Assembly: GCA_028716945.1 (NCBI GenBank)
Contig: JAQUOT010000001.1
Coordinates: 187,927-251,926, forward strand
Reading direction: 5' to 3'
Length of the DNA stretch: 64,000 bases
DNA from: Candidatus Nanoarchaeia archaeon
GTDB lineage: Archaea; Nanobdellota; Nanobdellia; SCGC-AAA011-G17; JAFCDX01
Shown here: piece by piece, positions 55,845 to 63,403 of the stretch
How the letters are laid out: each line of letters opens with the position of its first letter
Position numbering within the stretch: position 1 is the first letter of the stretch
Notes under the pieces: model-generated
Database searches by the model: none
Seen by the model: the letters and a program-made list of their open reading frames with translations, nothing else
Told to the model about the DNA's origin: nothing
Program-made: the position numbers and the translations under genes

Positions 55845-55939
55845 AGCCCCTTAGTGTAGTGGCCAAATTGATTAAAAATCAAGGCTAGGCATACGAGACT
55901 CTGGATCTTGTGACGGAAGTTCGAATCTTCCAGGGGCTA
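55845..55939 (+). tRNA. tRNA-Gln (anticodon CTG) with a 22-nt D-loop intron (55867..55888)
   Basis: The acceptor is AGCCCCT/AGGGGCT (an A1-U72 pair as in archaeal tRNA-Gln) plus A73. The anticodon arm is CGAGA-CTCTGGA-TCTTG and the T-arm GGAAG-TTCGAAT-CTTCC. The BHB is GGCC|AAA|TTGA...TCAA|GGCT|AGG. The spliced D-arm is GTGT-AGTGGCCAA-GCAT, giving 73 nt. A TATA-like ctttataaat lies about 25 nt upstream. Confidence 0.85.
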
Positions 55940-55940
55940 C

Positions 55941-56013
55941 GCTCCCATAGTCTAGCGGTTAAGGATATGAGCTTCTCGAGCTCGTGACCTGGGTTCAAAT
56001 CCCAGTGGGAGCA
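55941..56013 (+). tRNA. tRNA-Glu (anticodon CTC), uninterrupted
   Basis: The acceptor is GCTCCCA/TGGGAGC plus A73. The D-arm is GTCT-AGCGGTTAA-GGAT, the anticodon arm TGAGC-TTCTCGA-GCTCG, and the T-arm CTGGG-TTCAAAT-CCCAG. Only 1 nt separates it from tRNA-Gln. Confidence 0.9.
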
Positions 56014-56183
56014 TAATCAACTTCATTCTTAACTCACAGCGCTCAAATAATTATCCCTTCTTATAAGACTTATAACCTTAGTTCTTAACTCTGAGAGTTA
56101 GCAACAGTTATGATGTTGCTCTAGTAAACTATTATATCCTAAATCACAATAATATTTAAAAAGATAATTGAACTAAATTTAGT

Positions 56184-56366
56184 ATGAAAAACTCGTTAAA
56201 TGAGCTACTTATTTATCTAGGGATATTGATAGGATTATTTAATACATTTATGATACCAAATATATTGGAGATATCTAAAATATTCTGGTGGATTTCTGGT
56301 ATCGCGGTATTAATATTTACTATACCTACGCTTATTAAAGCATATCAAGTTATTATAGGCAAATAA
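56184..56366 (+). CDS. Small two-TM membrane protein, hypothetical
   Basis: 60-aa ORF with two hydrophobic helices. I recognise no family. Confidence 0.4.
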   Translation: MKNSLNELLIYLGILIGLFNTFMIPNILEISKIFWWISGIAVLIFTIPTLIKAYQVIIGK

Positions 56367-56384
56367 ATTATAGGGGTTAAAAAG

Positions 56385-56636
56385 ATGTTTAATAAAAAAG
56401 ATTTATCAAATGTTAAAACAATATTCTTGAGCCCATTATTTTGGAAATATTCTACAATCACTTTATCAGAAATATTTTGTGTTTTTGTTATTTCCAATAT
56501 ATTATTTTCTACTGACCCTTGGTTTACAAATCTATATAAAACCCCCTATGTTATTTTCTTATTATTATTCCTCTTCCTTTATTATGTAATGGAAATATTT
56601 AAACAAAGGGAAAACTTACAAAAAGTAAAAATATAA
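56385..56636 (+). CDS. Small membrane protein, hypothetical
   Basis: 83-aa ORF with 2-3 hydrophobic segments, preceded by aggggt 8 nt upstream. Confidence 0.4.
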   Translation: MFNKKDLSNVKTIFLSPLFWKYSTITLSEIFCVFVISNILFSTDPWFTNLYKTPYVIFLLLFLFLYYVMEIFKQRENLQKVKI

Positions 56637-56653
56637 AATAGACATCTGTCGAT

Positions 56654-56681
56654 TTATCTTCTCGAAGATAATAATCTTTTT
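56654..56681 (+). terminator. Hairpin plus T-run, candidate transcription terminator
   Basis: The palindrome ttatcttc-tc-gaagataa is followed by aatcttttt about 20 nt after the stop at 56636. Confidence 0.35.
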
Positions 56682-56861
56682 ATACCTCTTTATCCTTATA
56701 CTAAAAACAGCGCACAAAAGTCTGATTAACAAAACAAAGGACAGGAAACTGACCTTAGTAGAGTTAAGGACAAAGTTGGTTCCGCACGGCGGGAGCATCT
56801 ATAATTTTACTATTTCTAAATTATAAATAAACTTTATATAGTTGCTTCACTTAATTATATT

Positions 56862-57827
56862 ATGTTAAGGTTAGAAATTCCTAAAGAAGATTTGGTAAAT
56901 CTATATGAAAAAGAGAAACTTACAACTTTTCAAATAGCGGAAAAACTTAATTGTTGTCAAGCAACAATCTGGAAAAGATTAAAAGAATATGATATAAAAA
57001 CAAGAATTTCTGGAATTGAGAGGGTTAAAATAACAAAAGAAAAACTTTTTGATTTATATATAAATAAAAAATATTCTACTTGGAAAATTGAAAAAATAAC
57101 TGAAATCCCAAGGGGAACGATACATAGAAAACTTAAAGAGTTTGGAATTCAATCAAGAGATATTTCCGACTCCCATATTATCTATGAAAAAAGAGATTTT
57201 TCTGGGGATCCTTTAGAAAAAGCTTACCTTATAGGATTTAGAATTGGGGATCTGGGAGTTAGAAAAAGAGGTGCTAAAAGTAAATTAATCTGTGTTGCTA
57301 GTGGAAGCACCATAGAAGAACAGATAATTCTAATAAAAAATTTATTTAAAAATTATGGAAAAGTTTGGATTAAAAAATCAAAAAATAATAAAATAAATGT
57401 ATATGTATACCTTAATTTATCTTTTGGTTTTTTATTAGATAAAAAGATTCCAAAAGAATTAGAAAAAAACAAAAAACTATTTTTTGCATTCCTGGGAGGA
57501 TTTACAGATGCGGAAGGGAGTATGAAATTAAATAAAAATATGGCTTATTATTCTTTAGGAAATTATGATAGTAAATTATTATTTAAGATATATAACTATC
57601 TAAATAAATATGGAATAAAATGTAATAAACCTCATTCAGATAATAGAATTGGAACTTTCAATAGTCAGGGATATAAATACAACTCAAATTATTGGACATT
57701 AAAAATTTGTAGAAAAGAAGAATTATACAAATTACTTAAAGAATTAAAACCTCACATTAAACATAAAAATAAAATAAAAGATTTAAATATAGTAGAAAAT
57801 AACCTAATCGAAAGGATTAAAAGTTAA
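56862..57827 (+). CDS. LAGLIDADG family endonuclease with two N-terminal HTH repeats
   Basis: 321 aa. A repeated HTH unit is present (LYEKEKLTTFQIAEKLNCCQATIWKRLKEYDIKTR and LYINKKYSTWKIEKITEIPRGTIHRKLKEFGIQSR). The LAGLIDADG motifs are AYLIGFRIGDLGV and AFLGGFTDAEGSM. Confidence 0.75.
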   Translation: MLRLEIPKEDLVNLYEKEKLTTFQIAEKLNCCQATIWKRLKEYDIKTRISGIERVKITKEKLFDLYINKKYSTWKIEKITEIPRGTIHRKLKEFGIQSRDISDSHIIYEKRDFSGDPLEKAYLIGFRIGDLGVRKRGAKSKLICVASGSTIEEQIILIKNLFKNYGKVWIKKSKNNKINVYVYLNLSFGFLLDKKIPKELEKNKKLFFAFLGGFTDAEGSMKLNKNMAYYSLGNYDSKLLFKIYNYLNKYGIKCNKPHSDNRIGTFNSQGYKYNSNYWTLKICRKEELYKLLKELKPHIKHKNKIKDLNIVENNLIERIKS

Positions 57828-57844
57828 AAAGATAATATATTAAC

Positions 57845-59371
57845 ATGAAAAAGTTTTACGTAACAACCCCAATATATTATGTAAATGATATAGCTAGTAT
57901 AGGCCATGCTTACACTACTTTTGCAGCAGATACCTTAGCTAGATGGCATAGATTAAAAGGAGAAGATGTTTTTTTCTTAACAGGTTTAGATGAAAACTCT
58001 CAAAAAACAGTCAAAGCAGCAGAAACTGCAGGTGTTAAAGATTTAAAAGAATATACTAATCAAATGGCTTTGAAATGGACTTCTACTTGGAAAAATCTAA
58101 ACATTTCTAATAATGGATTTATAAGAACTACTGAAGCTAAACATAAAAAATTAGTAAAAGAATTCTTTATGAAAGTGTATGAAAAAGGGGATATTTACAA
58201 AGGGAAATATGAAGGATTATATTGCGAAGGATGTGAATGTTTTTATACTGAATCAGACCTAGTAGAAGGAAAATGTCCTTTTCACAAAACAGAACCAAAG
58301 TTTATATCTGAAGAAAATTATTTTTTTAAATTAACAAAATATGCAGATAAAATATTAACTTACATAGAAAAAAATCCTGATTTTATTTTACCTAATTCCA
58401 GAAAAAATGAAGTTGTAGAATTTATTAAGATGGGATTAAAAGATATTAGTATTTCTAGACCAAATGTTGATTGGGGAATTCCCTTACCAATAGACAAAAA
58501 TCATCATTTCTGGGTATGGTTTGATGCTTTACCAAATTATATCACTGGAGCTCCAAAATATTGGCCTGCAAATTGTCATTTATTAGCAAAAGATATTTTA
58601 AGATTCCATTGCGTTATTTGGCCTGCTATGTTAATGAGTGCAGGTTATGACTTACCAAAACAATTATTTGTACATGGATTTTTAACTATTAATGGACAAA
58701 AGATGTCAAAATCTTTAGGCAATGCTATAGACCCAAATGTTTTAGCTCAAAAATATTCTGTAGATTCATTAAGATATTATTTAATGCGTAGCATTCCATT
58801 TGGAGAAGATGGAGATTTTTCAGAAAAAGCATTAATAACAAGAACAAATACAGAATTAGCAGATTCTCTGGGTAATTTATTAAATAGAGTTGTTTCTATG
58901 TGTGAAAAATATTATGATTCTAAAATACCAAAAGCAAAAGAAGACAAAGAATTAAGTTCAAAATTAGATTTTAAAAAAATTGATTCCTTAATATTAAATT
59001 ATAAGTTACATGAGGCTTTAGCAGAAATATTTTACTTTGTAGATCAATGTAATAAATATGTAAATGAAAAAGAACCTTGGAATTTAGCTAAAAATCAGAA
59101 AGAAGATGAACTTGAAAAGGTTTTATTTAATTTGGCAGAATCATTAAGAATAATTTCTCAATTAATTTATTCTTTTATGCCAGAAACAGCAGAAAAAATA
59201 AATGAACAGCTTGGATTTAAATTAAGAGATAGTTTTGACTTGAAATGGGGTAATGCAAAATCAAAAGGTATAAAAAAAGGAGAAACTTTGTTTAAAAAAA
59301 TTGGCCTAACTGATGGACTTAAAAAATCTTCAAATGATGGTTTAAAAGGGGGACCTAGAAATGGACTTTAA
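57845..59371 (+). CDS. metG: Methionyl-tRNA synthetase, catalytic core and anticodon-binding domain only
   Basis: 508 aa. It has TTPIYYVNDIASIGHAYT (HIGH-like), the CEGCECF...CPFH Zn knuckle and KMSKSLGN. It ends in a Gly/Lys-rich tail without the usual C-terminal tRNA-binding domain. Confidence 0.9.
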   Translation: MKKFYVTTPIYYVNDIASIGHAYTTFAADTLARWHRLKGEDVFFLTGLDENSQKTVKAAETAGVKDLKEYTNQMALKWTSTWKNLNISNNGFIRTTEAKHKKLVKEFFMKVYEKGDIYKGKYEGLYCEGCECFYTESDLVEGKCPFHKTEPKFISEENYFFKLTKYADKILTYIEKNPDFILPNSRKNEVVEFIKMGLKDISISRPNVDWGIPLPIDKNHHFWVWFDALPNYITGAPKYWPANCHLLAKDILRFHCVIWPAMLMSAGYDLPKQLFVHGFLTINGQKMSKSLGNAIDPNVLAQKYSVDSLRYYLMRSIPFGEDGDFSEKALITRTNTELADSLGNLLNRVVSMCEKYYDSKIPKAKEDKELSSKLDFKKIDSLILNYKLHEALAEIFYFVDQCNKYVNEKEPWNLAKNQKEDELEKVLFNLAESLRIISQLIYSFMPETAEKINEQLGFKLRDSFDLKWGNAKSKGIKKGETLFKKIGLTDGLKKSSNDGLKGGPRNGL

Positions 59372-59528
59372 CATAAAAAATTGTACTTTATGTTATTCAA
59401 TAAAAGGTGAACAAATTCTTTTAGGTATTAAAAAAAAGGGTTTTGGAAAAGGAAATTTAAATGGGTTTGGTGGGCATGTAGAAGATAATGAAACAATTAA
59501 AAATAGCAATATACAAGTAATAATGTGA
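59361..59528 (+). pseudogene. Truncated Nudix (MutT/MTH1-like) hydrolase fragment
   Basis: Hand-translated 55 codons: MDFNIKNCTLCYSIKGEQILLGIKKKGFGKGNLNGFGGHVEDNETIKNSNIQVIM. It matches the N-terminal part of Nudix proteins up to the start of the Nudix box (GGxVExxET). It then stops before the REUxEE core. Confidence 0.5.
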
Positions 59529-59534
59529 TCTAAA

Positions 59535-59900
59535 ATGGTAGAAGGCATAAAAAAAGCAGAACATTGTGGGGATAAAATAACTATAGATGAATTTGGAAAA
59601 GTAGATCTAAGAATTGCTCAAATTAAAGCAGTAAAAAATCATCCTAATGCAGATAAATTATATATTCTTGATGTAAGTTTAGGCAAAGGAGAACATGATG
59701 TTCAAATTGTAGCAGGAATAAGGCAAGCCTATACTGAAGATGAATTAATTGGAAAGAAAATTATAATGGTTAGAAACTTAGAACCTGCAGTATTAAGAGG
59801 AGTAGAAAGTGAAGGTATGTTATTAGCTGCAGAATTCAAAGGAAAAATAGTTCTTTTAACAGTTGATAAAGATATAGAAACTGGGGCTAAAATAAAATAA
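59535..59900 (+). CDS. Stand-alone tRNA-binding domain protein (Trbp111/MetRS C-terminal domain-like, OB fold)
   Basis: 121 aa. VDLRIAQIKAVKNHPNADKLYILDVSLG....QIVAGI......L.GKKIIMVRNLEPAVLRGVESEGMLLAA is present. Confidence 0.8.
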   Translation: MVEGIKKAEHCGDKITIDEFGKVDLRIAQIKAVKNHPNADKLYILDVSLGKGEHDVQIVAGIRQAYTEDELIGKKIIMVRNLEPAVLRGVESEGMLLAAEFKGKIVLLTVDKDIETGAKIK

Positions 59901-59902
59901 TT

Positions 59903-60304
59903 ATGAAAAAAGTTTTAGTTTGGGGAACCTTTGATGGATTACATAAAGGACATTTAGAATTTCTAAAAAATGCGAAGAGTTTAGGAGATAAATTATATAT
60001 TATAATTATCCCAGACAAAGCAGTAAAAGAAAACAAAGGGAAATACCCTATAAAAAATGCAGAAGAAAGAAAAAAAGAATTATTAAAATTAAAATTTGTA
60101 ACTGAAGTTTATAGCGGACTTTATGAGGAGAATTTAAAATACATTTTAAAATTAAAACCAGAGGTAGTTATCTTCGGATATGATCAAAAAACTAAATGGG
60201 AAGAAAATCTAAAGAAAACTCTTTCTTCAAAAGGAATTTTTCCAGAATATATTTATTTAGAAGAATATAATAATGGAATTCATTCTAGTGATTTAAATAA
60301 ATAA
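59903..60304 (+). CDS. Cytidylyltransferase-family nucleotidyltransferase (RibL/FAD synthetase-like)
   Basis: 133 aa. VLVWGTFDGLHKGHLEFLKNAKSLGDKLYIIIIPD contains the (T/H)xGH motif. Confidence 0.6.
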   Translation: MKKVLVWGTFDGLHKGHLEFLKNAKSLGDKLYIIIIPDKAVKENKGKYPIKNAEERKKELLKLKFVTEVYSGLYEENLKYILKLKPEVVIFGYDQKTKWEENLKKTLSSKGIFPEYIYLEEYNNGIHSSDLNK

Positions 60305-60323
60305 AAAAAAGAAAAAAATAAAT

Positions 60324-60506
60324 TTATTTACAACATTTTGATGCCCACATTAATTTATGTAGTCCCATCAAAATTATTAAAACAGCAAATAATTGTACTA
60401 TAGTTGGTTGTTTAAGCCAAGCCCAAAGACCAATTGCTATTAAAATTAGTCCACCAACTAAAATCATTGGTTTAGAATGTTTGCACATTCCCATTTCTTT
60501 TGCCAT
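60324..60506 (-). CDS. Small two-TM membrane protein ending in CCK, hypothetical
   Basis: 60-aa ORF that appears paralogous to the adjacent 56-aa ORF (shared GLW...G..KL pattern). Confidence 0.4.
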   Translation of the reverse strand: MAKEMGMCKHSKPMILVGGLILIAIGLWAWLKQPTIVQLFAVLIILMGLHKLMWASKCCK

Positions 60507-60510
60507 TTTC

Positions 60511-60681
60511 TTATTTCATTAACTTATAATTTCTTACAAGTTTACCTATACCTATTACTAAAACTACTAAAGCTACAATCCAACCTTGCAAATTAAGCAA
60601 TGAAGCAGGTATTACACCTAATTGTGCTAGAACTAGCCATAGACCAAGTATAGTTACTAACCAAGCTGTTAGTTTTGCCAT
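60511..60681 (-). CDS. Small two-TM membrane protein, hypothetical
   Basis: Hand-translated 56 aa: MAKLTAWLVTILGLWLVLAQLGVIPASLLNLQGWIVALVVLVIGIGKLVRNYKLMK. It is preceded by aaggagg on the minus strand. Confidence 0.4.
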   Translation of the reverse strand: MAKLTAWLVTILGLWLVLAQLGVIPASLLNLQGWIVALVVLVIGIGKLVRNYKLMK

Positions 60682-60786
60682 TTTTTCCTCCTTTTATTGA
60701 GTTATATGAGAGAAATGACTCCCAACCACCTAAGAATCTAAAGGACTTTAGGTTTATAAAGATTTTTATAAGGTTTTAAAAGTATA

Positions 60787-60882
60787 TGAGCCCGCGGAGA
60801 TTTGAACTCCGGGCCCCCACCAATGATTTGGTTTAAATCCAATTTATCAGAGTGGTGCGCTACCAGGCTGCGCCACGGGCTC
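60787..60882 (-). tRNA. tRNA-Ile (anticodon GAT) with a 22-nt anticodon-loop intron (60822..60843)
   Basis: Read on the minus strand, the acceptor is GAGCCCG/CGGGCTC plus A73. The D-arm is GCGC-AGCCTGGTA-GCGC, the anticodon arm CCACT-CTGATAA-GGTGG after splicing, and the T-arm CGGAG-TTCAAAT-CTCCG. The BHB is TGAT|AAA|TTGG...CCAA|ATCA|TTG. The mature product is 74 nt. Confidence 0.85.
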
Positions 60883-60961
60883 ATGAGATATATTGTTAAA
60901 AGATAATTTATAAGGTTTTTGAATTGATAAAGTTTAAATAATATTAAATTTTAACTATCCT

Positions 60962-61630
60962 ATGCAGAGGTGGCTACATAAATTAGAACATTGGGTAGAT
61001 AAATTAATACCTATCTCTTTAATTGTTTTAATTGGTTTAATCATAGGAGAATTATTCTATAAAGAACAAATACATCCTTATTTAACTTTTGTAACAATAG
61101 CAGATTGGGGTATAATAGGTTTATTTGTTATAGATTTAACTTTTAAATGGTTCAGAGTAAGAAATATTCCAAAATTCTTAAAAAAATATTGGTTAGATAT
61201 TTTAGCTATATTTCCGTTTTTTTTAGTTTTTAGAGCTTTAGAAGGAGTTGGAGAATTAATTACTGTAGTAAGCGAATACTTTACTCCTACACAAAAAGTA
61301 GTTCATGCTGGAACAGAAATAGGTAAAGAAGTTATAATAATAGAGGAAGGTACTGCTAAAATAATTAAAGAAGCTGAAGCAGCAGGAAAATTATCAAGAA
61401 CAGAAAGATTTGCAAGATTTTTAAGACCTTTAGCAAGGGCTCCAAGATTTTTACATTTAACAGATAAAGATACAAAAAAAGAATTTAAAAAAGAGATTAA
61501 ATTTATAGAAAAAGAAGAAAGAAAAGTAGTTAAAAAAGAAGAATCTTTCTTTGTAAGATTATATAAACATATAGTAAAAGTAATTGTCTTCTTTGAAAAA
61601 CCTTCTCATCATAAAAAGAGAAAGATTTAA
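60962..61630 (+). CDS. Voltage-sensor-domain-like membrane protein without a pore domain
   Basis: 222 aa. Three N-terminal TM helices include YWLDILAIFPFFLVF (S3-like). After a soluble insert of about 50 aa comes an Arg-repeat segment, RFARFLRPLARAPRFL (S4-like). I see no pore or selectivity-filter sequence. The tail is basic. Confidence 0.5.
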   Translation: MQRWLHKLEHWVDKLIPISLIVLIGLIIGELFYKEQIHPYLTFVTIADWGIIGLFVIDLTFKWFRVRNIPKFLKKYWLDILAIFPFFLVFRALEGVGELITVVSEYFTPTQKVVHAGTEIGKEVIIIEEGTAKIIKEAEAAGKLSRTERFARFLRPLARAPRFLHLTDKDTKKEFKKEIKFIEKEERKVVKKEESFFVRLYKHIVKVIVFFEKPSHHKKRKI

Positions 61631-61673
61631 AAGAAGCGGCAGTTAACAACCACCGTCAAATTTTAAATAAAAA

Positions 61674-62687
61674 ATGGAAAAAAAAGAAATACTTGCACAT
61701 TTTAGTTATGGAAGTGCTATAAGAAATGCTATAGAAAAAATAACTAATGCTAATCGTGGAGTTTTAGTTGTTTTTGTTAAAGATAAGGGTATTAAAAAAA
61801 TAAGTGTTGGTGGTTTTAAAATAAATGAAGAGTTTTCTGAAGAAAGACTTGCTGAATTAGCAAAATTAGATGGAGCAATATTGGTAGATAATAAACTACA
61901 AAAAATAATTAGTGCTAATGTCTTATTAAATCCGAGTATAAAAATTCCTAGTACAGAAACAGGTACAAGACATCAAGCAGCAGAAAGAACTGCAAGACAA
62001 TTAGATACAATGGTTCTTGCTATTTCTGCAAAAACAGGAACTGCAATGGTATATCATGGAAATGGTAAATTAAAATTAAATAATTTAGGTAAAATATTCA
62101 CAAAGACTGGAGAAGCACTAAGAATTATTGAAAAGCATAGAGAATTATTTAAAGTTTTAATAAAAAAGTTTGATACTTTTGAATTATTAGAAATGGTTAC
62201 ATTAGAAGACCTTGCTTCTATATTTCAAAGAGAAAAAATAATGGATTCTGTTGCAGATATAATCTCTGTTTATTTAAGCGAATTAGGTGATGAAGGAGAA
62301 TTAACAGAATTACAATTAAAAGAAATTATAACTTATGTTCATGCAGAATTAGCTGCAATTATGGCAGATTATCATGATTATTTTAATTTTGATAAGATAA
62401 TTGAAGAATTAAAAGACTTAAAACGTGATGAAATTGTAGTTAAAGAAAACATTTTTAAAATATTCTTAGATAATAGAAAAAAAGAAGATACATTAATACC
62501 GAAAGGTTATAGAATATTAAAGAACATCCCTATTTTAACAGAAGAAAATATAAAGTTATTAATGGAAACTTTCCCAAGTTTAAAAGAATTAATTTCTGCT
62601 CAAGAAGAAGAATTAGCTGCTATCAAATCTATAGGAAATAAAAAGGCTAAAGCTATAAGAGAATATCTATTAAAAGCACAGATTTAA
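61674..62687 (+). CDS. disA: DisA-type diadenylate cyclase (DAC domain, helical linker and C-terminal HhH)
   Basis: 337 aa. The DAC motifs are LDGAILVD and ETGTRHQAAERTARQ. The layout is collinear with bacterial DisA, and the C-terminus has IKSIGNKKAKAIREYL (HhH). Confidence 0.8.
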   Translation: MEKKEILAHFSYGSAIRNAIEKITNANRGVLVVFVKDKGIKKISVGGFKINEEFSEERLAELAKLDGAILVDNKLQKIISANVLLNPSIKIPSTETGTRHQAAERTARQLDTMVLAISAKTGTAMVYHGNGKLKLNNLGKIFTKTGEALRIIEKHRELFKVLIKKFDTFELLEMVTLEDLASIFQREKIMDSVADIISVYLSELGDEGELTELQLKEIITYVHAELAAIMADYHDYFNFDKIIEELKDLKRDEIVVKENIFKIFLDNRKKEDTLIPKGYRILKNIPILTEENIKLLMETFPSLKELISAQEEELAAIKSIGNKKAKAIREYLLKAQI

Positions 62688-63382
62688 GAATTATTTCTAA
62701 AATAATAATATTTTTTCCAATGTTTGGGGTTATTAGGAGAGATAATTTTCATCCATTTATTTAACATAAATTCTCCTCTAATTGAAACCTTATATAAATC
62801 TAACCAATTATGATTTTTATGTTTATAAGAATAGATTGTAGAACGAATTCCTAATTTGTTTATTAAATTATTTAATTGTAATCCTAAAGGTTTAGAAGTG
62901 GTGCTTATCTCTAAACGAGGATATAATTTTTTATATTTTGGTTGTAAATATAAAGTTCCATCCGTATCAAAGATTCCTTTAACCACATTAATAGTATACT
63001 CCTTTCTATTTAAGAAACAAGAAGGTATACAAATATCAAATTTTTTACCAAGAGGTAATTTAAGAATTTTATTTTTAAATTCGATTAATGAATCATCCCA
63101 AATTTGAAATCCAAATACTTTTGTAGAAGGCATTTCTTTTGGTTTTATTTTTAAATCATAAACTTTTTTATATAAATCTATAATTTTATTATTATAATGT
63201 TCTTTATCATCAAACATATGCCCCCTTAAAGAATAAAGTCCTTTAGACGTATTTCCGTTTTTGTAAAAATTCATACTTCCATCTCCAATATGCAATCCTG
63301 TTTCTTCTGCTAATTCTATTATTGGTTTTTCTGGAAGTATAAGTTTAGTGCTTTGCTTAATGTCAGATAAATCAAACTTCAT
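62684..63382 (-). CDS. LAGLIDADG family endonuclease (two-motif, free-standing), paralog B
   Basis: 232 aa. It starts MKFDLSDIKQS like paralog A. The motifs are TGLHIGDGSM and VKGIFDTDGTL. Confidence 0.8.
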   Translation of the reverse strand: MKFDLSDIKQSTKLILPEKPIIELAEETGLHIGDGSMNFYKNGNTSKGLYSLRGHMFDDKEHYNNKIIDLYKKVYDLKIKPKEMPSTKVFGFQIWDDSLIEFKNKILKLPLGKKFDICIPSCFLNRKEYTINVVKGIFDTDGTLYLQPKYKKLYPRLEISTTSKPLGLQLNNLINKLGIRSTIYSYKHKNHNWLDLYKVSIRGEFMLNKWMKIISPNNPKHWKKYYYFRNNS

Positions 63383-63403
63383 AATTAAGATAAGTAAATT
63401 TCA

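Noticed and set aside
56020-56140. Possible C/D box sRNA (ATGATG and CTGA elements) or inverted repeats (TTCTTAACTC occurs twice, with GAGTTAAGGA at 56761).
   Set aside because: The box order and spacing are wrong, with CTGA before ATGATG and no terminal C/D pair. The shared words are only 8-11 nt long with no extended alignment.
56616-56798. 60-aa minus-strand ORF in the intergenic spacer.
   Set aside because: It overlaps the end of the plus-strand ORF and the hairpin/T-run. It has no start context or motif. The GC-rich hairpins here are better explained as RNA structure or element remnants.
56775-56798. Possible tRNA, split-tRNA 3' half or att-site duplicate, because ...CGGGAGCA resembles the tRNA-Glu 3' end.
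   Set aside because: No T-arm (GGxxTTCRAxxCC) precedes it, no matching 5' acceptor strand was found nearby, and only about 8 nt match. This is insufficient for a tRNA half or integration-site call.
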